64,000 bases of DNA from Patellaria atrata CBS 101060 (taxonomy: Eukaryota): NCBI GenBank assembly GCA_010093705.1, contig MU006101.1, positions 248,001 to 312,000 on the forward strand. The letters are read 5' to 3'. The position numbers and the translations under genes were made by a program. Below the pieces are notes generated by a model. That model had not been told where the DNA came from and did not search any database. It saw nothing but the letters and a program-made list of their open reading frames with translations. Positions 1 through 14,126 of this stretch are shown piece by piece; the stretch's first letter is position 1; every line of letters begins with the position of its first letter.

Positions 1-1928
1 TCTGCGTCGTAGCACTACTGAGGTCATTTTCCGTCGTCGACTTTTTGGCTTGAACCTCTTGCATCTGGTTACGGAGTGTGCCTATTTGATTTGACATATT
101 TGCCAATTCACTCGTTTCTTGCGTAAGCTTCTTACTGACTTCAGGATCATTGTCACCGAGGAGGTCATCCATTGCAGAAGGCACATGTCCTCGGTTCTGG
201 TTTAGCGAAGAAGCGGCCGAAGCTCCAGTAGAGTGAGTATTCAAGCCTTGACCGAAACTTGAACTGGGAACGAAGGGTTTGAACGCACTGCTTCCTTTGA
301 GTGGGGAAGATTGGAACCCCTGTGGCGACGTAGGAGAGGTAGCTTTGCTTCCAAAGGGGTCGAGATCAAGTTGCCTATTATACGTTGCAGAGCCACCTGT
401 TGATTGTGGTTGCTGTTGAGGAGGAGGATTAGAAAAAGCATCAAGACCGAATAAATCTTCAGATGCAGACTTTGGAAGGTTCGAGGAGTATGCAGCGTTA
501 TCAAATGCAGGAGCGGTGGGTTGAGGTGGTGGTCTTATTTGGTTCCGCATACTGGGTGGTACTAAATTCGGAGGTAGAGATGCTGGGAGGTTGGCACCAT
601 TCTTACCTCTTTGCTGTCGAATCAAATACATAGCAACAGCAAATTCATCTCTGCTTAGCTGTCCTTCAGAATTGATATCTGCCAAGTCCCAGATAGATGC
701 GAGGATATCCTCTGGTAGACCGGAGTCACTGAAAAACGAAACTGCCTGTTCTCCAGTTATATAGCCCCTGCCTTCTGTATCTACCTTATTGAACAAATTG
801 TCATATTGGTTCTTCTCGTTTGGAGTGATTAACCAATCATTACCAGTAGGTGCTGCAGACTGAGGAGGAGTCCCATATGGTGGCCGGGCAAGAGGGCTTT
901 GAGTACGTTGGGCGAGTGATCCACTGAATTGCCTTGGTATTGCACTGGATGGTGGGCCAGACCTACCAGGAGGTGGTTGTATCCTGCGGGAAGCCGCTTC
1001 GTATAAACCAACAGGAAGGTTTACGGGTAGGGATTGCATTACTCTGCTCTTGTAAGATGCGAGCAAGTGCATAGCTATTATGAATTCGGTCACCCCGAGA
1101 GCTCCTCGCTGTTCAGTATCCGCAAGATTCCATATCCGTCCAAGGACATCATTGGGAAGGCCAGCTTTTTCAAAGATAGATTTTGCCGTTTCGCCTACTC
1201 AGCAATTAGCTTTGTTGCCACACTAGCTTAAGAGCGTAGTAAACAATACCAGGTAAGAGCCCATTGTGAGCCCCAGATTTCTCGAAAAGGGCAGCATATT
1301 CTGTCGCCTTATCTGGTGTTAGCGGAGGAACGCGGATTGGCCCACTGTTCTGTGGACGGATTGTGGAAGGAGGAGGTCCCTGGGGAGGCGCGGAAGAGCC
1401 GCCGAGGTTCAAGCCCTCGAATTTAGGAAGTGGACCAGCTGTACACCAAATTAATGACTGTCCTGATATTGCGGGAAGCTTGAATAGCGCATACGTTGGA
1501 AGGCTAGCTCTGGTGTAGGATCCCTGCCGGCCTGATAATGTCCGATTAATCGAAGGACTTGACAAAAACCTGCAGAAGTCAGGAGTCCTCGGTTCTCTGT
1601 GTCGGCAATTTGCCATATCTACCAAGCGCATGACGTGTCAACAGTATATCACAGACGTCTCCAATGGTTGTACCTACCTCGCCTAGAACAGCTGGAGCTA
1701 GCTTGGTTCTCTCGAAGAACTTTACTGCCACCTCTCCTGTAACGACACCAATCTTCTCCGTATCCGCTTGGGCAAAGAGGGCTCCAAAGACACGTTTTTC
1801 TTCTGGGGTGAGGTTCAAGATCGAGTGTTGACCTGCGAGGTCCGTTAGATCGGATCAAAGTTCAATAAACAGTGTATAGAAGGGAGTTACTTACTCAGGT
1901 CCACACTCGAAGAAGCTGTATCAGACAT
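1..1928 (-). CDS. EDE1: EH-domain endocytic scaffold protein (Ede1/Eps15-like), multi-exon, 3' end runs off the window
   Basis: ATG at 1928 (MSDTASSSVDL), then intron; spliced exons give LTPEEKRVFGALFAQADTEKIGVVTGEVAVKFFERTKLAPAVLGE-IWQIADTENRGLL; further EH repeats (IWDLADINSEGQLSRDEFAVAMYLI) toward 600-700. Confidence 0.92.
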
Positions 1929-3749
1929 ATTGTGAGATTTGGATGTGACTCAACCATGCGATGGATTTGTGAGAGCTCTGTGAAGAAAGCTGGTATAGCG
2001 AAAGTTTGCCGCGCAAGCTAATCTGATACTCCGTCTTGCTCGGACTCTACAGTGGTTCAAACGGTAAGATCAGACGGATAGAAGAAATAGTCACAGAGAA
2101 CCCACGGCCGTGACTAGAATAAGGTGAACAAACAGAAAGAGGGGGAATATAGTTGATGGGATGCGTGTGAAAGGTGAAGGCTGGGGAAGTGCATATGTGA
2201 CAGTGCACTTGATGTTGTCGATTCGTCCCTTGAGGCTTGGCTGTCATAACCTGTTATGGTTAGCTGTTGGACTAAAACTAAGGGAGGTAGTGCAGTGGGT
2301 AGTGCCGTCTGTTGAAGCTAGAGCCAAACTGCGGAGCGTGACCCCTTCGACAGTTTCACTTCCTTGTCGTCTGTCTCTTCCAATTGTTGACGACCATCTT
2401 GCACAACCTTTTCCACGCTCGTCTTCCTGCTTTGTACTCCCACGCTCGTGGAATCAATCATGTCTGCCCCTTGTTAAAACTTGCAGCAATAGTCTCATTT
2501 ACCCTGCTTACTTCCGCGGGATATCGTGGGGAAACCCGGAAGAAATAGGTTATTGGATTTCTACACATCTTCGTTTTCAACTTTAGAAAATCATCTAAAA
2601 ACAAGTTATTTTCGTTTTTGAGTATTCATATTCTCCAAAGCACGAGCAACGTTTTCACCCGTGGCTTATATGTTGTGTCACCCATTGTCAGAAATCCCTC
2701 GATTCCCCGTTCAACATCTCCAAGGCGCAATGCTGTGCCCTCAAACCCATACAGGCCAGATACTGAGGTGGAAATAATTCAACACAGATAACCTCGCACG
2801 TGGTTTGCTGTTGGTATCGGATGGAGTAACGAAAGTTACCCCTGATTATTTTCTCTAGGCGCATATCTTGCCACATCACTTCTTCCTATGAAGCAAAAAC
2901 AACCTAATATGTTACAGACTATGTCCTTCGATTTCTCTTTACTAAATAAGTTCCCTTCTTAAACGCCCCTTACGCATTGAACGAGAACTATCTGCCTTAG
3001 ATATCAATCTTACCGGAAAAGAGTATTCATTCGATAAACCTCATGACTGGGCTTGTTCACTTCCAATGACATGGACCACCAGTCCGAGTTCCATTATAGA
3101 CGAAGTTCCCATTTTGGATGTAGTGTATTCGAGCGTCCACAGCAACGCCAGGAAAGTAACTAGATTTCTTTCAAAGTTGTACAGTAAACCATGCTAAACT
3201 CCCTTTGATACCTTCTGAAGTTCCACCTATGGCCTCTTCGCGTCCCAGATCCTGCTTCACCAGAAGACCATTTCGCTTTAAATGCCTGCGTTGTTGAGAA
3301 TTGAGTTCGAAGTGCCAACGAACGGGCTTATGATAAATTTCCTTTGGGCTCAACGACCCAGACGGGTGAACTGATGCTTGTTTATATAAGGACAGAATTA
3401 TGACGCAACTCCTTTTCAAAAATAACCGGAATGTAAACAAAGTCTCTCCCACTATAAGATAGATGATTTCAGCTGTGTTTTAAGATCAACCTAAGTTACC
3501 AGTGCACAAGCTATTTAGAAAAATTGTTAGGGTTGACTTTGAGACAGGATGTTAGAAGTCTGGTAGCATCCAGTGAGGTCGCCAAACGATTTTACTTCAT
3601 TGAGATCCCCTAACCTCAGTGTTCCATTTATATCTTCCTTTGACTCTTCGTGTCTGAGTGCACCCACAAATATAGCATAGCTGTCGGTGCACCACTTATC
3701 AATCACATTTTCTTCATAATTCTTCCATATCCTTCTAAGAATCGCGAGC

Positions 3750-4960
3750 ATGTTTTCTTACGCTTAGAGACCCACTGAATCTGCTCGCTGTGCAATACGA
3801 ACTTCTGAGCTAACAAAAGAGATTGTAGATTGGATTATCGAAAAAAAAAAAAGACCTCTACAACGTTGCCTTATCCTGTAAGGCTCTGAGCATCCCAGTT
3901 TATCAGAATCTCTATGCATCTCTCATTTCCTGGACTGCTTTCCACCAGCGCAATGCCTGGATTCTATTCTATATTCAGAATCCGTCTCTATTATATTTGG
4001 GACTGCTCATACGGCTCCCTCGTTGAAGATTGTTTCGTTATCATTCAGAGTTGAGGACGAGCTTAGCTTGATCCCGAACTTTCTAAACCTCTTAAGATGC
4101 TTAAACTCCATTGAGCACATGGAAGTGTTGGGCTCTTCGGTGGTTAACGAGCAAATTATAGCACAACTATCATCAATCCCTACTCTCCGTTCTTTAGAAT
4201 TGACTATGTGTTCGGTCTCAGGGCACAGTCTTGCACCATTGTTAATGCACATCAATATACCATTCAAAGCACTCATGCATCTTCAGTTGACCATCGATCA
4301 AGGTTCAGTACGCACTATTCTACCGTTAATAACCAATGTTCAGGATCTTACGATATCCGTCAATTTCTGGAGAGACGTCGGATGACTGAGCAAGCCGTCA
4401 ACACGTTGATGGTAAATTCCTGCGCACTTCTGCATCTCGAGAGCTTTCAGTTCAATCTTTCCTATGTAGATACAAGAGATATCGCCAATAGGATTGGAAA
4501 AGCAGTCTTAGATCAGATCGGGAGGCTTAAGGAACTGGAAAATCTCAAGATTAGTTTCGAAAACACGAGATTAGGATTGAAATGCACCAATAAGGAGCTG
4601 GTGCGTGTTGTCTTCACTCTTCCACAACTACGCCGACTTGATTTGAATACCCCCTTCGGGGAAGGGATGAATGGTGACCTCATACTACTTATCTCCAAAC
4701 ACTTAGGACACCTTGAAGAATTGCTCATGGTATGCAACGTTCGTCTTACTACTCTTGCTAAACTTCGACATGGCGCTTTCCCAGCTCTTAGGACGTTTAG
4801 GGTGAATAGTCTCTCTCGGAGTCACCGTACTGTGCCATACTGTTTGGGGGTATTGGCATTATACGGGGTTCTCAACGCCAAATTCCCGATCCTCGAAATA
4901 CTAAAGGTAAGGATATCTTCGTCTTGGCTCGAGTGCTCCGTGCTTTTACAGCAGAAATAA
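3750..4960 (+). pseudogene. F-box/leucine-rich-repeat-like protein, disrupted
   Basis: ATG 3750 with TAG at codon 6; F-box-like ELTKEIVDWII..DLYNVALSCKAL split by an A12 run (3841-3852); LxxLxL repeats continue in ORFs 4023-4385 and 4208-4960 in different frames. Confidence 0.6.
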
Positions 4961-5019
4961 TTGAGAAGTTATCCCCTGAAATTGTTTGGGAAGACGAAAC
5001 CGCAGCCGTTATCTCCTAG

Positions 5020-5970
5020 GATGGAGAACCCAGAAGCTATTAATCTCGAGATCAATGATGCAGCGGACAATGAATCACCCACATGTAAACTTTGTGACTA
5101 CTACTTCTTAGGGTATGTGAGCGAAGGCACAGCGCTATTCTGGCCCTCCATCATCAAGACTTAAAGTGCTATGCTTAAAAGTTCGTGGCGCGGATGACAC
5201 AGGGACCTATATATTTCCCGCCATGTTCCATCATGAGCTCAGGGATCTGAAAATTAACATAATGGACATCGACAAAGTAATGCAGGGTTTGGACACAATT
5301 ACAGTAAGATGAAATATTGTAAAACTACCATCACGACACTGGCATGGTTTCTAGCGTTTAGCCCCTTTCATACAAAAATTTCACCTACTCTCAGGTTCTC
5401 GGCCTGGAAAAGCTGTAGAGTACTGGGAAATTTTTATCAATCACAGGCGGCATATAGGACAGTTTCATATGCCATGAACCACAATCAATCAGCAGGGGAC
5501 AATGGCACTGGCAACGAAATTGACACTAAGAGAACTCTCTATAATCTTAGAGGCAGAGATAGATGTTTCGGATTTAGCTTTGATCCCAAGAAGAACTGCT
5601 AATCCCTTTAGGAACTTACGCAAACTCTCTATAAGCGTCGACCCTTCTCAATTACACACCATACTATTGATTTTAGGAACCATCGAAGATCTCAGCTTAA
5701 GCGTGTGTTTGAAAGATGAAGTACAGCCCGCCAATTCCGTAACCATAAATGAAACTTTTATTGGTCTTACAAGCCTGTCAAAGCTCACGGACTTGCGGGT
5801 CAAGTTTCTAGATAGAGTCAAAGAAACACTAGGCATGGGTAGTCACGCCATTATCAATTCTTCGTTTGAGGCAATAGCGAGTCTCAGAGAATTGATTCGA
5901 CTGGAGATCTCAGTATAGCTAAGGAAGGACATTGACTTTACCTCAAACCCTTCAACCCTTGAATGCTAAT
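5020..5970 (+). pseudogene. Second LRR-like paralogue fragment, disrupted
   Basis: ORF 5502-5918 (NPFRNLRKLSISVDPSQLHTILLILGTIEDLSLSV) resembles IPFKALMHLQLTIDQGSVRTILPLITNVQDLTISV of the upstream copy; frameshifts on both sides. Confidence 0.5.
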
Positions 5971-6396
5971 GAAGATTGGGATGCGAGTCGTGTCATTAAA
6001 AGTTTTATATGTATTTTTTGCTGGCTATGATGCTGTTACAACGGGAGTCTATACTTATCAAGACAGAACTGGATAAGTCTAGAGACGCGCCTGGCTTCTC
6101 ACTTAACGTGGTCAACCACAAAGGTAGGTTTGGCAAAGTGATAGGATACGTATAACGAAGGCACTTCAAGTTGACGGCTCAACTTGCTGACTCCTTGACT
6201 TCGGGTAATGCTCACAATGAGACAAGACGTACTGTACGGAAACAGTGTAACAAGTGAAGTCAAGTTCAAAACCGTAACATCCAAATCTATGGGTAAGATT
6301 GATGGTAAGAATAACTACGAAGAATCTAAATACATGAGGGAAAGACCGTCCTTAAATATTCCTATCCTCCATAGTCAATTTGGTGGTGTTCAACCT

Positions 6397-6502
6397 TGCT
6401 CTATGCTCAATACCCTTCGAGCACCGTTGACCATCGATCACGTCTGCTCGAGTCTGCTCTATGCTCAATACCCTTCGAGCACCGTTGACCATCGATCACG
6501 TC
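6397..6502. repeat. Tandem duplication, two identical 48-bp copies at a 58-bp period
   Basis: tgctctatgctcaatacccttcgagcaccgttgaccatcgatcacgtc at 6397-6444 and 6455-6502. Confidence 0.95.
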
Positions 6503-7732
6503 ACGTGATCTCCGTGTTGGTTGTTCCGTTCCGGCACCTCGTGCTACCGTTCTACTGGTGATGCTGTCTTTCTGTCCTGTGGCCGTGACAGATGCTCTCT
6601 CATCTTCCCCCTTCCTCACATTACGACATTTACCAATATAATATGCATCCATGTGCTCTGTACTCATACAATGGCTCGAATGATGTGTCACTCCCTGATA
6701 CTAAACTTTGTGGAACTCTGTTCTTCTGTTACGCATGATGAACGTAACTACCAGTCAGCAAGATACAGGTCCAAAGATATTATGGGGTTACGGGGCTCGC
6801 GGGCTTTGTTTTGCTCCACAATGTCTGGTATAGCATTAAAATACTTTGTCGTACGTTACATTTTTAGGGTTGAGCTTTTGAGGGATTCGCATAGAGACAT
6901 AGAGTGTTCAATATAAACATTTAGCAAGACTATTGAGTAGACTCAATCAGTTATCTGGAAGTGAAAACTTGAAAGGTTCCTCTGCCCGTCGTGCTCAGCT
7001 CTATTCATCCATGCCTGAGCACAATGTGACCGAAACATGAGACCTCGTCCGCTACTACCGCAGATTTGACTGAATATGCATTAGTTCTGTTAACTTGAAG
7101 TTGGAGAAAAACATGTTGAAGGAGTGTGTCAAGGCTCAACCTCAGATGGAAGCTGAAAGGTATATTGCTACATATACATGAAGCTTAAACTTAAGGAAAG
7201 AAAGTGTTGAGACAGCATATGCTGTTCTGCTAAAGTACAGTATGACTAAGCCGCTGGATCATCCAAGGCACTTATACCTATCGAGTCTAACCCGTGACAG
7301 AGTGTTGCGATAGTATCTATGAATCATACTACAAAAGTAGTGCGGAGATGCTGGGAGACGCTCCTCATTGCTAAAATGCGTCCTTTGATATATCATGCTC
7401 TCTCGGCTACATCTGTACTGTACAAGATCCCACCATTCTTTCTTTTAGTAAATTTTGGCTTTCATCCCACCTATCTATTATTATGTAGTTTGTAGCCCCC
7501 AATAGATTGCAAATTCCATCCGTAGATAATAAGTATGTGTGAAAGGGGGGAAATATCAGTTCATTGGGATGACCTGATGCACTGGGAAAAAGGGCCTTGA
7601 ATTAAAAGACAAAAGAGGGCTGGATTCATGCAAATAGATGTGAATGTGAGTTACCAGACCATATTTGTAAAATGTTCAGAATCTACAAAGACTCACCAGG
7701 CATGAAGGAAACCACACTGAGCGCAGTGGTCA

Positions 7733-9410
7733 TTAAGAAAGAGCAACCTTACATCCATTCGCACTTTTACAAGTTAGCTTCAACTCCCCCTTCCACTCCT
7801 TTTCATCCCTGCTCTCCAAACTCTCTATTATACTGGTTAATCTTGCAATGACATGCGCTGCCTTGGCCAATACCTTCTGCTGTCCTAAACAAGTTCTCTG
7901 GCCGCCACCAAACGGCATATACTTCCACTGGTTTTAACGAATGCTGTTCCAGCGCTCCGGTCTAAAAGCCTCCACGTCGCTGCCGAAGACAGCTGGATCA
8001 TGGTGAAATGCGAAGTAGCTCATATTCGCCCATGTACCTTTTGCTACATAGCTCGGCTGGTCCTGTTTCGGGCCGCCGCCGACGGGAAGCGTTGTATTGC
8101 AAAGATCAACACGGCCTAGGGGCGGAAATATTGGGCAGAGGCGAAGTGCTTGGCTGTATTTTAGAAATGAAGCGGAGAGGAAATCAGGCTAGAGAAATCT
8201 CGCATTCGTGTAGGATGTCCTGAAGAAGTGGTGAATTTAACAAAGCGTCAAAGGTTAGGGATGCTTTCATCTCCTGACAGAACTTCGGCTCGTAGTGCTT
8301 TCCAGCAATCCGGGTTATGCGCTAAGAGAAAGAGAGTGTTGCCTAGTAGAGCCGAGGTTGTTTCCTGGGATGTCATCATTCCCTATAGGATCTGGCTTCG
8401 GATATAGTTCCTATCATTGGTTTGTGATGAAAATCCTTGGATCATACTCTGTCTGGCGACCTGCTCGCCGCTGATACTCTGCGTCGACTTTGGTTCGTCG
8501 ACTTCATTTAAGGCTTGGTCGACATAGTAGTCGAGGAAGGTGTGAGCTGTCTCATACGATTTAAGTTATTTTGCTTGAGGATCCAACTTCTATGCTCGTC
8601 CGAGTATCAATCGAAACATGGTACAGAGCAGAGCATCATGGAACGCATTAAGGAATTCTTTGGATTTTCGGGGAGCACCACTCAATTCAGCGCCCGGATG
8701 AACGCCTAGGAGAAAGTTCAAAGATGTGTTAAGAAACTAATATCAGGATCAATAACTAGCAATCATTTCAAGTTGCGTGTTAGATATCTTACCATATCAT
8801 AGAGCATTAGTTGGAGATCCATCGTGGTCCCAGATTCGGGCAATTTCTCCAGGAAGCGATCAACTTGGTCTGAAAATAAAACTGAAGTCTTCTATATTGA
8901 CCTTTGGACAAGGTAGGTTTCAGTAACTTTCGTGAGTGCTGTCATAACTCCCCATCCATCGTTGGAAAACCACAACTACAGAAATATTCCATGCTCGAAA
9001 GCCTCAATAGATGCACTCCTCACGCTTTCCCAGATAAATTGATGATTCTAATGTTTTCTGGGGCAATGTTGTTCATCATGGGAATAGCGATGAGTGAGTT
9101 AACTTGGAACGATTTTCCATATCGCTGGTGAAGGCGATGCATGTACGGAATGTCCATGTGGATAGACATAGTGAAATTTAATCCGGTAATGGGCTCATTC
9201 GGTTGATGCTTGATCAGAAGTTCACCTCCTCTCTTACGTGCGTCTGCATCCCTCTGACGCTAGCGTTGGACGATCCACAACACGATCAAAATGAGGGCCG
9301 CAAAGGTCGGATAGAGATTGTTTCCTATCTTATGGGCAGCAAACAACTGGGATGTATTGCATAACAGTATGTGTAAGCTTAGAAGGGTCTGAAATATGAG
9401 TTGAAGTCAT
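7733..9410 (-). pseudogene. Cytochrome P450 (CYP52-clan-like), disrupted
   Basis: Heme motif PFGGGQRTCLGQ, FRPERW and ALRLCPIFP...TLPVGGGP are present; in-frame TAA between FRPERW and the heme motif, plus further stops/frameshifts; 5' end approximate. Confidence 0.85.
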
Positions 9411-10269
9411 ACAGATAGCTGAAAAGTAGAGAAGATGCTCAGTTGATTCCTCTAAAAGCTACGTCATAACAGGTGAACTTATACTTCAAATTAAGAACCT
9501 ATCTTCCATACCTACGTGATCTCTATGCAGCATTAATGAATAGAATATGAGTTTTCACGGGGTTGAGCAATATTATTGAATAGAGAGAAACGTTTTGTGG
9601 TAACTGGTATAGATAACACGAAATCTATATCTGGTTGGTTTTGAACGGTTGAGGAAGCAGCACAGCAGATAAACAAGATGTCCGTGACTTAACAACGCCT
9701 CGGCCCCCAAAAGTTACTTTTGTAGCCGCTGATACCCTGCAAGATGGCGAATTTTTGATTGCTTGATCAATATTGCTGGAACAGCAAGGGCTCAAGATTC
9801 TAATACTACAAAAGTATGTAAGTAGTAAGCTGGTAGCGTATGTTGAATACACGTCAAAATTCAGAGATAGTTGCTTAATTCCTCTATGTATGAGGGTCAC
9901 CCAGGTTTGAATACACGAGTGGTAGTAAAGTTGGTTAGAACAGACAGATATATATAGCCGAGATCCCTTAGGTTGGTCCATACCCCTGAGGTGATAGTTC
10001 AATAGTTCTACCAACCACAACATCGTTTGAATAAGCCGATCCCCTTTCAGAATCAGCTATTATACCCGTCATTTATGGTTCAAAAATTGAATTCCTGAAT
10101 GTGAGCTTAGTTGCGAAGACAACAGTTTGATATTCATCACTTTAGGAAATAGAGTAAATTTTACAATCTCTTGTCCTTCGTACAGAACTAACGGACAACC
10201 GCTTGAACTGTATTCACTACTCAGGATGTAGCCGGAAACAAGCATTTTAAGTTTTCTCTTCTCAAAATT

Positions 10270-10790
10270 ATGACAGGATGCGCCAGTGTATTTCAAGAAG
10301 GGATCCAGAGCAGCAATGATGTTTCCCTTTCTCATATGCGGAAGTTAAGTGGTCAATCTCTAAAGATTTCGGACAGGGTAATCTTTTGGGCATTTGATGT
10401 CACATTTGCTCTTATCTTTGATTGTCATTATGGATATATGACTAGTCGTAGTGACTGCAACAGGTGGATTTACACAATCAAGATACTTACGATCTATGCA
10501 GCTATGTTAGGCCAGATCTCAGAATGGACGGTTCGAAATGATGCTGGCATGAGCTTTATGCGGCGATTTCGAACATTTCCTGAACCTTCGCAACAGTTTA
10601 TGACGGTCAGGACCAATCTGTTTTCGCATTGTTCAATCACTAAAGCAGGCCAGAAGATTGAGTCATTAAGAGGAGGATAAACGCTGAACCTCACACTTGA
10701 GACAAAACATTCATATGCAAGGTCCTGGCTGGCCGTACTAACGATGATGACGGCTCGCGGCATACCGAGGCGGCTGTGCCTTCCTATCGC
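10270..10790 (+). pseudogene. Probable cytochrome P450 internal fragment
   Basis: VIFWAFDVTFALIFDCHYGYM resembles the conserved helix E region of fungal P450s; no heme motif and no continuous frame. Confidence 0.4.
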
Positions 10791-11003
10791 TATTCAAATA
10801 TTACAAAATGGTAACTCCGCATGAGAAATGAAGGAAAGAGAGGACCTCAGATTTTTGTCAATCAATCCAATAATGATTGCGGCATGAATAATTCAAATAC
10901 TAGATGTAAGCTACAATTTCATACTATCTCTTTCCCAATCCGCTCGTCACTCGTTTTTTTCCGAAACCCGCCTAAACCTTCATGTGATTGTAGAATAAGG
11001 AAG

Positions 11004-12350
11004 TTATGTTCGCTCACTCAGCAGCTCAAAAGTCTTATGCACCACAATGTTATCATTCCTCTGGCTCCCTTCCTCAAAACCGTTCCCGCTTTTGTCCACT
11101 ATGACATACGCATGTGCTCCTCCAGTGTTCATCTCATGCCATAGCATCCTCTCGTTCTGCAAGTTATCCGGTTTCTTTGTGAAAGGCGAAACCTCGCCGA
11201 GAGATGAAGAAAATTTACTCCGTGAAGAGAATGGAGAGCAGACACTATCAAAAAGGGCATCAAAGCCGTGGATGTTGGAGAACAAGGGGCCGAGAGTGGG
11301 TAGGCAGGCGGCCACAACGGAGGCGTAGGCCTCGGTGTGAGACCAGAGGTTGGCGTTGTCGTTGAGTTCTGGGGATTTATTGTCACTAGCTAGAACATGT
11401 ATTACGGACAGGTATCATACCAATTTCGTGCCGCATAGACTTACCATTGTAGTCGAGGGTGGCGCGCATGTAATAGAGTCGCACGGCCGAACATATGAGA
11501 CAGCTGCGTGATGTTAGTCTGGCTGAATTATATCGTTTCGATGTCTATTACGAAGCTCCCAATAGAAATACTCCCGCAACGTAAACCCGCTTTCGACAAC
11601 TAAGGCACATACTCCAGATCAACGGGATAGGTAAACTCAGAATCGCAAGGTCTAAAGCGATGTCTAGCACTGCATAGGTCGTAAGAAGTGTAGGTAGGTA
11701 GATCACATATTGAGTGCCGTCTGACATAGCGGGTGTATTCCAGAAACTGCTTACGTCACGAGTACAGAAGAGGACGGTCTGTCAAATACCATATTAACGC
11801 TATGTACAAGATGTGGGCTAGTGACTTACGAAGAATGAGACAATGATGAAGAGAATAGTGGCTCCAATGATAATATTTGCCGCGAAGATGAAGCGATCAA
11901 ATGGGAAAAAAATCCTTTTGTAGAAGAACAGGACAGATAGCTTGATGAGGCCATAGACGAAGTGGGAGAGGAGTATGTCCGAAAATTCAACCTATGCTAT
12001 GGTTAGCAGAATGAAATTACATATCAATTACAAGCCACTGACTATCCTAAAGCGTCGGAAAGAAGCCTCTGGCATTTGATCATAAGGGACACCATGGAGA
12101 CCAGAGCAAGCAGCGTAGATGCCGCTAGCGGAGAAAGCTAGACATATTAACTAGAACTTTAATCACTAGTGTTTGAATATAGCGGGCGGACGAGCCTTAC
12201 TAGAGATACCACAATAGTCCAGTCATCTACCTTCAGCGGTGCCCTCTTCTTCCGACGTGCGGCGAGTCGAAGGGCTACAACCAAAATGTCCAAGAGGGGC
12301 AAGACGATATTTGCTACGAGGCCGCCTACAGCAGCGGATGCTACAGCCAT
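11004..12350 (-). CDS. Pth11-like integral membrane protein (fungal rhodopsin domain, no CFEM seen), multi-exon
   Basis: VVALRLAARRKKRAPLKVDDW, GLIKLSVLFFYKRIF, DIALDLAILSLPIPLIW and WSHTEAYASVVAACLPTL in spliceable exons; the exons checked look intact. Confidence 0.85.
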
Positions 12351-12869
12351 GACAGGAGATAATGGTGTTAGATGGTCTGAAGATGATTTAAGAAGACCAA
12401 GATAGAGCAAATTCGTGATCCTTCCAATCTACATCTAGATGGGTGTGGATATTTATTCAGTGAAGAAGGTTCCCAATTCCTCATTCATGTACGGACTATC
12501 TTGGGGCGCATTCTTTCTTTAAACAACAGGCAGACTATCACCTGCGCATAAGGGTTAGGTAAAACCATCTTGAAGAGTGCTTTGGGAACCCAACACTGTC
12601 GTGCGAGTCGCGTTGACAGGGAGTTAGGATCTACTTAAGGCAGATTTCTACATGGAATAGCTGGGTCCGAATTGGTGAGGCATGTAGAAGGTTCCGCGAA
12701 GCTGATCCCAACGGAAGATAAAGTTGTAGGATACTTCGCTTAGAACTAGGACTTTCTGGGATGCCTGTACTGTACGACCCCGGCACTTGAGCTTTGGTGG
12801 CTTTGTTTGAACGAACTTATTGTTGATGCATATCATCTACCAGATCCCTACCTTGTTATTAATAAGCTT

Positions 12870-14126
12870 TAGACAAGGTTTGTTGATTTAGTACCAATTT
12901 CTTTGAAGACAGACGAGAGGTAGTAGACAAATTCCTGCATCGAAAGAACTGTCGAGTCGGGGGAACTGAAAATATAACCGGATGTAGTAAAGCGACATCG
13001 CAGCTGCAACCTGTGTGAACTGCAAATAATGTAGCCATCCATTTGAATTTTAGATATCTTACCGGAAAAAAATCGGGGTCCTTCGGTCGTAAATATCGTA
13101 AACGCTTGTTGTAAGATAAGAAGCACCCACAAAACTCTTGGGCAGATGAATACGTCCGCTAGACGATGTGTAGAGTTCCCCATCGAATGAAATTGCCTTG
13201 ACTAATAAGAAGATTAGTACTCCAGCATTTTTTTATGATTGGTCCTGTCCAATCGAAGCCGCGCAGACGTTATGATACTGTTCTTCCTACTCCTGGGTCG
13301 TGTGACGGCAACAAGGAAACGTAGATTAGGGCTCCAGTGGCTCCGACACAAAGGTTCCAGTAGAATGACCAGCGCCATGTTGGTGAAGAATCTGCGAAAA
13401 CGCGTCAAAGATAGGATCACGTCTTCTTGAATTATGAGCCACTGTCCACGTTTTGAGAGATGTAATCTACACGGTACCTACTCTCCAGGTTAGACCAACT
13501 AAACTCAGATTCATTGGACGGTTTACTTCGGTAGTCATGATCGAAAGGAGAATTATCGCTCCAGTGTATACACCAACTCCTCCAATGCCGCATATGACCT
13601 GCCCAACGACGAGAGCTGTCAAGTTAGGCGCGGCACCGCAAACTGTAGATCAAAGCTCGAAGAAGATCACACCGAACAGAAAAAGTATCTTGTTGTCAAA
13701 CAGAATGAAAAGATTGCTCCTAGAATTCCATCCAGGAGCTTGCGCATGAGGACAAAAGAATGAGACCTACTACGACTTATAGCAGAAGATTAAATGCAAT
13801 GACTCCTAAAAGGTAGAGTACAGAGACCCAAGGTAGCTTGTCAACGTCCCCAAATAATTCCATGGTGCTGGGCTGCACGTCCGCAACAACCTTATTATCA
13901 AGTGCGAAGAGAAACACAGACGAGATGAGTGATATTACGACGGATATCCAAGATATCCTATTCATGTTCCGAAGCTTTCCATCCAAAGATGCTGCATTGG
14001 CCGTAACACCATGAGTCGTTTCTAGCTGTAGAGGTCGAGGTGCTGCTTCTGCTATCGTGTCAGTTGAAAATTCACCGAGATGGTAGCCTTGGGACCGTTA
14101 CCCTCAGTCTTCATTGCTGACTCCAT
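12870..14126 (-). pseudogene. MFS drug:H+ antiporter (DHA2, 14-TMS type), disrupted
   Basis: VFLFALDNKVVADVQP...FGDVDKLPW, FGVIFFEL*STVCGAAP (in-frame stop) and GIGGVGVYTG; fragmented frames; ends approximate. Confidence 0.8.

Noticed and set aside
2047..3751. Short ORFs upstream of EDE1
   Set aside because: No recognisable motifs or splice structure; treated as intergenic
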